Shown here piece by piece: positions 58,084 through 64,000 of a stretch of DNA of 64,000 nt. Origin of the DNA: Ascoidea asiatica JCM 7603 (Eukaryota; Fungi; Ascomycota); assembly GCA_001600695.1 (NCBI GenBank), contig BCKQ01000004.1, forward strand, positions 271,708 to 335,707, in the 5' to 3' direction. Under the pieces are notes generated by a model, which did not search any database, was not told where the DNA came from, and saw only the letters and a program-made list of their open reading frames with translations. The translations under genes were made by a program, and so were the position numbers. How positions within the stretch are numbered: position 1 is the stretch's first letter; each line of letters starts with the position of its first letter.

Positions 58084-59263
58084 GTCGATGAGGGTTATTG
58101 ACGGAGAATGGCAGCGAGTGATCGAGGTAAAATGAAAAATAAAACATAAAATACGACCCTCACGCAGTTGCAGCTGGGTCGGCTGCGTCAGTTATCAGAG
58201 ATCTCCACTGCGACGGTACCTCCAGTTCTGGTCTAACTTTACTGCGGGAGCTCCCATCCAGATTTATTTTCTGATGTTTTCACATAATTTCTGATACCAC
58301 TTTGTTTTACCTTTATTTCTTTTACTTCTTCCTTATTTCTTTCTTCTTTTGGTTCTATGATATGATTTGATATAGTTTGATTTGATTTGATTTGACTTTA
58401 TTCCTTCTTTTATTTGTTTCATTTGATTCATTTCATTGTTTGATTTTTGCATTCTTGGATTCTTTTATTTTTTTTATCCTCCTTATCCTTTTGCTTCTTT
58501 AATAAACTAGTAATATCTGATTATTTTAATCATTCATCTATTTATCCTTTGCTTAACTTAATCAAATCATCTTTGACTATATTTATACTTAATTAATTAT
58601 CTACTTTTCATATCAATCAAATATTATAATATTTATCCTTAAAAAGCATTTATCCTTAAAGTCTTATACTTGTAGTTTACAAGTATAAATGACATTGTTA
58701 TCAATAGCTATCTAATTACTGATATCATTCATAATTCGTTTCCATTTAAAACTTTCAAAAAAAATATAAAAAAATATAGTCAATTAAATCAAGTTTATTC
58801 AAATTTATTCAAAACTAAAATTCAACAACTTTATCACATTTTTTACAATCTTATAATTTTAGAAAACTTCAATAATTTAATATTTCATTATATTAATATT
58901 TCAAATATCTTAAATAGTTCATTAACCTCTTATATCCTTGCATATTTTTATATATCTTTATATCCTTATTTCTTTATTTATAAATCATAATCATAATAAT
59001 TAATCATATATATACTTATACTCCATACTCATACTTATACTCATAATAATATCATTATCATTATCCTTATCATATCATAATATTAATTTTCCATAATTAT
59101 TCATTTTCTTTTTATTTAAAATTTCATCAAAATTTTATTTTATTTTTTAACATATTATCTCTCATATCATCTTATCTCATTTCTTTTCATTTCATTTAAA
59201 TTCTTATAAATTTCATCTCATTTCATTTATTTTTTCTCTTTCTTTTTTAAATTCTCAATTAAA

Positions 59264-62200
59264 ATGTCTTTACCATTATCTTCAACTTTATCTCCAATTG
59301 ATTCACAATATTTATTAAAAAATAAATCTGAAAAATTGAATCAATTTTTTGCAATTAATATCAAAATTCCACCTCAAGTTTTAGATTATTTAAATGATTT
59401 GGATTTTAAAAATTTTGGTAAACCAAAACTTATAGTTAAAAATGGGTCATTGTCTTTAAAATTTTTCAAAAAAAATGGTACGGAATTAATTTTTCCAACT
59501 TCTTCATCTTTAATTGATTCTTCAACTGACGTTTATTCTTCATCTACATCCTCTACTCATTCATCAACATCATCATCTTCTTCTTTCAATCAAATTGGTA
59601 AAATTGTATCTAAAGTTCAACTTAATTTACCAATAAATAATTCTCCAAAATTACCGATTTCTTCAAATTCTGATAACCAATTAAATAATATTTCACAAAA
59701 ATCAATAATAAAATCAAACAAATCGATTATATCTAAATCGGGAAATTCTATTTCCCATATTCGTCAAAAATCTTTAAATAAGTCTCCTTTATATCAATCG
59801 AATTCACTTTCAAATTCAAATTCAAACTTAAATTCAATTTCCAATTCAAACTCTCCAAATTATTCTATATCATCATCTACAACAAAAAAGATTAATACTT
59901 TAGTAACTTCAAATTTTACAAATAATTTCAAAAATATAAAATCTTTAGAATCAAGAATGCTTCATTTAATTGCTGTTGGTCCAATAAATTCTCAAATAAT
60001 TAAATCAAAATGTAAATTAAGAGATAAAGATATAATTCAATTACCAAGTTTTTTATCAAAATTTACTGATCCATTTATAAAATCTTCAAAATCTTTTAAT
60101 GAAGATAAATTTAATGATTATTCTTCAATACCAACAAATTATAAAATTCCAAATGATATTATTGAATTTAATAATTTAAATAATAATTTGAAATTTTATA
60201 TTTTAAAAGATTTAAGTTATCAATATTTAAGTATTTGGAATTTTCCTTATAATAGTCCAAATGTTAGATCTTCAATTTTAAATAATATGAGTAATGCTTT
60301 TAATAGATTAGACTATTCAACTAATAACCCAATACGTAAAATGCTTATAGATCCTAAAATTCTAAAACAAAAAGAGATCGAATCAAATAAAGAAGCAGAA
60401 AAATTAAGAAATCAATCTTATAAAGAAAAACAACAACAAATCGAAAACGAAAATGAAGAAGTTTATAGAAAAAATTTAATAAAACAAAAAGAGAAAGAAT
60501 TGAAAGAAAAAGAAAAGGAAAAAGAATATGATACATCTTTCAGAGATCAAAGATTAAAAGAAATTGATTTAAGAGAGAAAGAAGAAAGAATTAAACTTCG
60601 TAAAGAAAAAGAAGAAAAACAACAAAAATTAAAATTAGAGAAAGAAAGACAAGAAAAAATACAAAAAGAAAACGATGAAAAAAATGATAGAATAAGATTA
60701 CAAAAAGAAAAACAAGAAAAACTTCGGGTGCTAAAAGAGAAAGAAAGACAGGAACAATTAAAAAGAGAAAAACAAGAAAAACTAGAAAAACTTAAAATTC
60801 AAAAAGAAAAAGAACAGCGAGAAGAAAGACTTAGAATTCAGAAAGAAAAAGAAGAGAAAGTTAGAGTTCAAAAAGAAAAGCAGGAAAAATTAAGAAAACA
60901 AAGAGAGAAAGAAGAAAAAGAAAATCAATTGCGTTTACAAGAAGAAGAAGTGGAAAGAAAAGAAAAAGAGAGACTACGGAATAAGAGAGAAAAAGAAAAA
61001 GAAAAAGAAGAAGAAGAAGAAGAAGAAAGGTATAAACTTCTAATGGAAAGGGAAGAAAAACTAAGGATCGATAAAAAAAGAGAAGAGGAAGAAGAAAAAT
61101 TGAGGATTCACAAAAAGAAAGAAGATGAAGAAAATAGAAAGAAAAATTTCAGAGAAGAAAATGAAAGAATTAGACAGTTGGAAATCAACAGAGAATATCA
61201 AGAAGACAATCAAATAATACTGGGTGAAGGAAATTCTAGAAAAAGAAAATTGGCATCAGATGAATATCTTTCGTATCCTTCTGAAGATGACGAATTTATA
61301 GCGCCTTTGAAAAATAACTCCTCTCAAAGAAAGAAACTTAGAACTATTTCTTCTGGATCATTGTCTTATTCATCAACATCTTCATCAACCTCTGTATTTT
61401 CCAATCCTGGAGGATCTCCATCCGATTCCACGGTATCTTCAAGTACAGGAGTTTCTTCTCCTGAACTTATTCGTCGTAATAAAAATTCAAAACATTTTTC
61501 TTCGAATGATAAACTTTCTCAGAAAGAAATAGATTCCCCTTCACAACAATTGCAAGATTTAGCTAAAAAATTTAAATTAGGATACTCCGAATATAAAAGA
61601 TTATACGAATCAATTCAAAAAAATAAATCTAAAGTAAAAAATAAGAACAGCTCTTTGAATATTGGACATAATGATTATGACTATAAAGCTTATAATGAAG
61701 ACGTTAAAAAAGTAATTCAATTACACAACGAGCTTACACTTTGGAAAAAAAAACTCTGGTCTTTTTCTACTGTGCCCTGTTCTAATAATTTAACTTCCAA
61801 TAAAGGTTCATCTTATATCAATGATCAAAAGAAAAATGATATAAGTAGAATTAAAAAAGACATTGCGAAGAAGGAACTTCGATCTGAGAAAATCATTGAT
61901 AATCAAAGTTTTCCAACAAAGTCTCGCGAAGCACCAAAAGAATCAAAAAGTATGATTTCGTCTGTGAAAAAAGAGAAAGCCGTGCAAAGAGATGTGAAAA
62001 AACATGAAATACGTAATGAGATTAGAAAACCTGAAACAGAAAGAAGATTTGAAGCAGAAAGAAGAACTGAAACAGAAAGAAATAATTCAAGGGAAAGACG
62101 TAATCAGAGAAGTGGTAAGAATCCGGCTTCTAAAAGAAGGGATATGCCACAAGGTCGAATCAATAAAGACCGATTGAAAGATTCTCCAAATTTTCATACA

Positions 62201-62365
62201 AGATCAATGTCTCCGAAGGTTCAAAAAGTAAGAGGAAACGAACGAACTCAAAGAAAGGCAAAGAAGCCAGTTATTGTTAGTAGTATTTTTCAGTCTACGA
62301 GTCCTGAACAGAGAGACCGAAATAATAGTAGGCTCAATTCTAGAGTTGGTGGAAGACAACGATGA
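59264..62365 (+). CDS. Large charged/coiled-coil nuclear protein, possibly fungal ELL-like Pol II elongation factor
   Basis: 1033-aa ORF with RMLHLIAVGP...YILKD..YQYLSIWNFPY, an E/K/R coiled coil and LAKKFKLGYSEYKRLY...LHNELTLWKKKLW. The family assignment is tentative. Confidence 0.6.
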   Translation: MSLPLSSTLSPIDSQYLLKNKSEKLNQFFAINIKIPPQVLDYLNDLDFKNFGKPKLIVKNGSLSLKFFKKNGTELIFPTSSSLIDSSTDVYSSSTSSTHSSTSSSSSFNQIGKIVSKVQLNLPINNSPKLPISSNSDNQLNNISQKSIIKSNKSIISKSGNSISHIRQKSLNKSPLYQSNSLSNSNSNLNSISNSNSPNYSISSSTTKKINTLVTSNFTNNFKNIKSLESRMLHLIAVGPINSQIIKSKCKLRDKDIIQLPSFLSKFTDPFIKSSKSFNEDKFNDYSSIPTNYKIPNDIIEFNNLNNNLKFYILKDLSYQYLSIWNFPYNSPNVRSSILNNMSNAFNRLDYSTNNPIRKMLIDPKILKQKEIESNKEAEKLRNQSYKEKQQQIENENEEVYRKNLIKQKEKELKEKEKEKEYDTSFRDQRLKEIDLREKEERIKLRKEKEEKQQKLKLEKERQEKIQKENDEKNDRIRLQKEKQEKLRVLKEKERQEQLKREKQEKLEKLKIQKEKEQREERLRIQKEKEEKVRVQKEKQEKLRKQREKEEKENQLRLQEEEVERKEKERLRNKREKEKEKEEEEEEERYKLLMEREEKLRIDKKREEEEEKLRIHKKKEDEENRKKNFREENERIRQLEINREYQEDNQIILGEGNSRKRKLASDEYLSYPSEDDEFIAPLKNNSSQRKKLRTISSGSLSYSSTSSSTSVFSNPGGSPSDSTVSSSTGVSSPELIRRNKNSKHFSSNDKLSQKEIDSPSQQLQDLAKKFKLGYSEYKRLYESIQKNKSKVKNKNSSLNIGHNDYDYKAYNEDVKKVIQLHNELTLWKKKLWSFSTVPCSNNLTSNKGSSYINDQKKNDISRIKKDIAKKELRSEKIIDNQSFPTKSREAPKESKSMISSVKKEKAVQRDVKKHEIRNEIRKPETERRFEAERRTETERNNSRERRNQRSGKNPASKRRDMPQGRINKDRLKDSPNFHTRSMSPKVQKVRGNERTQRKAKKPVIVSSIFQSTSPEQRDRNNSRLNSRVGGRQR

Positions 62366-63122
62366 AATACTTTTATTATAATTTTTGAAAACTTAGATGG
62401 ATGAAAATTTCTAAAGTTTAATAACTCTTTCTGTTTTAAATGATTTTTTTATTTTTTTATTTGAAATTCAATAATTGGTATTTTGTTCTATTTTGATTTA
62501 CTTTTCGGGAAATGAAAAAAAACTCATGGCTCACTCAAGGATAATTTACCTGATGTTATATAGTTTTATATTGAATCATATTGAACAACATTGAAGTTCC
62601 TATTTCTGTAAATTTTATAAACTCTTGCTAATATAAAAGCTTTTAGTAAATTTAATTGCCTAAGACTAAAACCTCCACTCAAACTTGGATAAGCTTCGAA
62701 CCTTTTTTTTTAAAAATAGAATCATAATAATAATGTACAATAATCAATGAGATTTTTAAACAAAAAAATATTAAATACCTGTAAATCAGGGCAATTCAAG
62801 TTATTTGAATTGCCTTTTAAACGTTGGGAATTTGTAACATGACGTTGACGACACTCAAAAAGGTTGTTCTAAGTGACAGAAGGGGTAATCACCGTTAAAT
62901 AACAATAAAATATAAACAAAATTAAATCCTAAGTTGATTTTATCTATTCGATTATTAAAAAGATATTCAACTTAGTCAATTGATTATAATCAATTCATAA
63001 CTTAACCATCCAGAGTGCTTAAAGCTTTTTGGCTATTCAAAATTTAATATTTTACAACAAATATATGACATGCACGCAAAATATTAGTGTTTTCTGATAC
63101 TTCTGATATTTCAAGTGTGCAA

Positions 63123-64000
63123 ATGAACATGTCATTGGAAACCCTACCACCTCATTTAAGAATAAATAAAATATTTGGAACCTCTGCTCATAATCATTCA
63201 TGCTTTGCTGTAATAAATAATCAGATCGCCTACACTGCAAGTGGTGGAGTTGTTGTTTGCAGGATTGTCGATGGAAAAATAGAAAATCAGAGATTTTTTT
63301 GTGCAAATATATTAAATTCTTCCAGTCAAACCAATAATGCAATTGTTGTAAATCTCAATTATTACAACTATCTAATGAATAATAATAGCACGGATAATGT
63401 CGACTCTTTTTTGAATTCTGCTTTCCATCAATTTGTGAACAGTTGTGATTCTTCTATAAATTCACCTTTTTCTTCGAATTCCAGCTCATTTCTAAATAAA
63501 AAAGACATGTTTGGTTTTCCAAAACTCAAAACTCCAATTCAATTTTCAAATTATACAAACACTTCAAACTCACTTCTTACAACAAATTATTCAGTTTCTG
63601 AAGACCTAAGTAATGGATTGACATCTAGTTTAAATGGATCTATTGACCCATTGAAAAATAAAATTGAATTGAGCGTTAATCACTCACCAAAATCTACCAA
63701 AAAAACTTCAGCATACACATCTTCATCAAATACTTCTAAATTTAAAGATAGGATAAGAACCATAAACTGCTTAGCATTATCTTTCGATGAGAAATTGTTG
63801 GCAGTTGGAGAATTAGGGTATCAGCCTAGAGTTCTATTATATTCTTTAGCGGCTGACTCAAATGATCATCCGTTTGCGATTATTTTGGAACATCAATATG
63901 GAATAAATTCTTTAGCATTTTCTCCAAACAATAAATATTTAGCTTCTTTAGGTGTTTCCAATGACGGGTTTTTACATGTTTGGAAAATATCTAATTCAAA
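63123..64000 (+). CDS. WD40-repeat protein, WDR62/MAPKBP1-like, 5' part (runs off window end)
   Basis: Not in the ORF track. Manual translation gives MNMSLETLPPHLRINKIFGTS...IAYTASGGVVV...QRFFCA...CLALSFDEKLLAVGELGYQPRVLLYSL...EHQYGINSLAFSPNNKYLASLG..NDGFLHVW. Confidence 0.85.
   Translation, partial: MNMSLETLPPHLRINKIFGTSAHNHSCFAVINNQIAYTASGGVVVCRIVDGKIENQRFFCANILNSSSQTNNAIVVNLNYYNYLMNNNSTDNVDSFLNSAFHQFVNSCDSSINSPFSSNSSSFLNKKDMFGFPKLKTPIQFSNYTNTSNSLLTTNYSVSEDLSNGLTSSLNGSIDPLKNKIELSVNHSPKSTKKTSAYTSSSNTSKFKDRIRTINCLALSFDEKLLAVGELGYQPRVLLYSLAADSNDHPFAIILEHQYGINSLAFSPNNKYLASLGVSNDGFLHVWKISNS

Noticed and set aside
62790-62818. 10-bp hairpin followed by TTTT, resembling a bacterial terminator
   Set aside because: Eukaryotic context and isolated; no supporting feature.

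Overview
This is very AT-rich, gene-dense, intron-poor DNA from a budding yeast (Saccharomycotina). The introns have GTATGT donors and TACTAAC branch points; the species cannot be fixed from sequence alone. About 23 protein-coding genes are present: FET3 (partial), NOP58, STV1, a PPR protein, UBA3, two GPI cell-wall proteins, a CLD1/ECM18-family hydrolase, an MNN4-like LicD protein, COA6, a 3-exon HAD hydrolase, MoaA and MoaC, RPL14 (2 exons), TRS120, SLU7, UBA4, a Sps1/Sid1-like kinase, SSD1, an LPX1-like hydrolase, MLS1, an ELL-like protein and a WDR62/MAPKBP1-like protein (partial). There is also one full-length but decayed Ty3/gypsy LTR retrotransposon (49507-55669). The most interesting feature is the molybdenum-cofactor step-1 locus. 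MoaA ends in ...LIGG-stop, and a hidden 75-nt intron with a weak donor inside the terminal Gly codons removes that stop and fuses MoaA in frame to MoaC. The fusion linker resembles a mitochondrial processing site, so this looks like a MOCS1A/MOCS1AB-type splice switch in a budding yeast.
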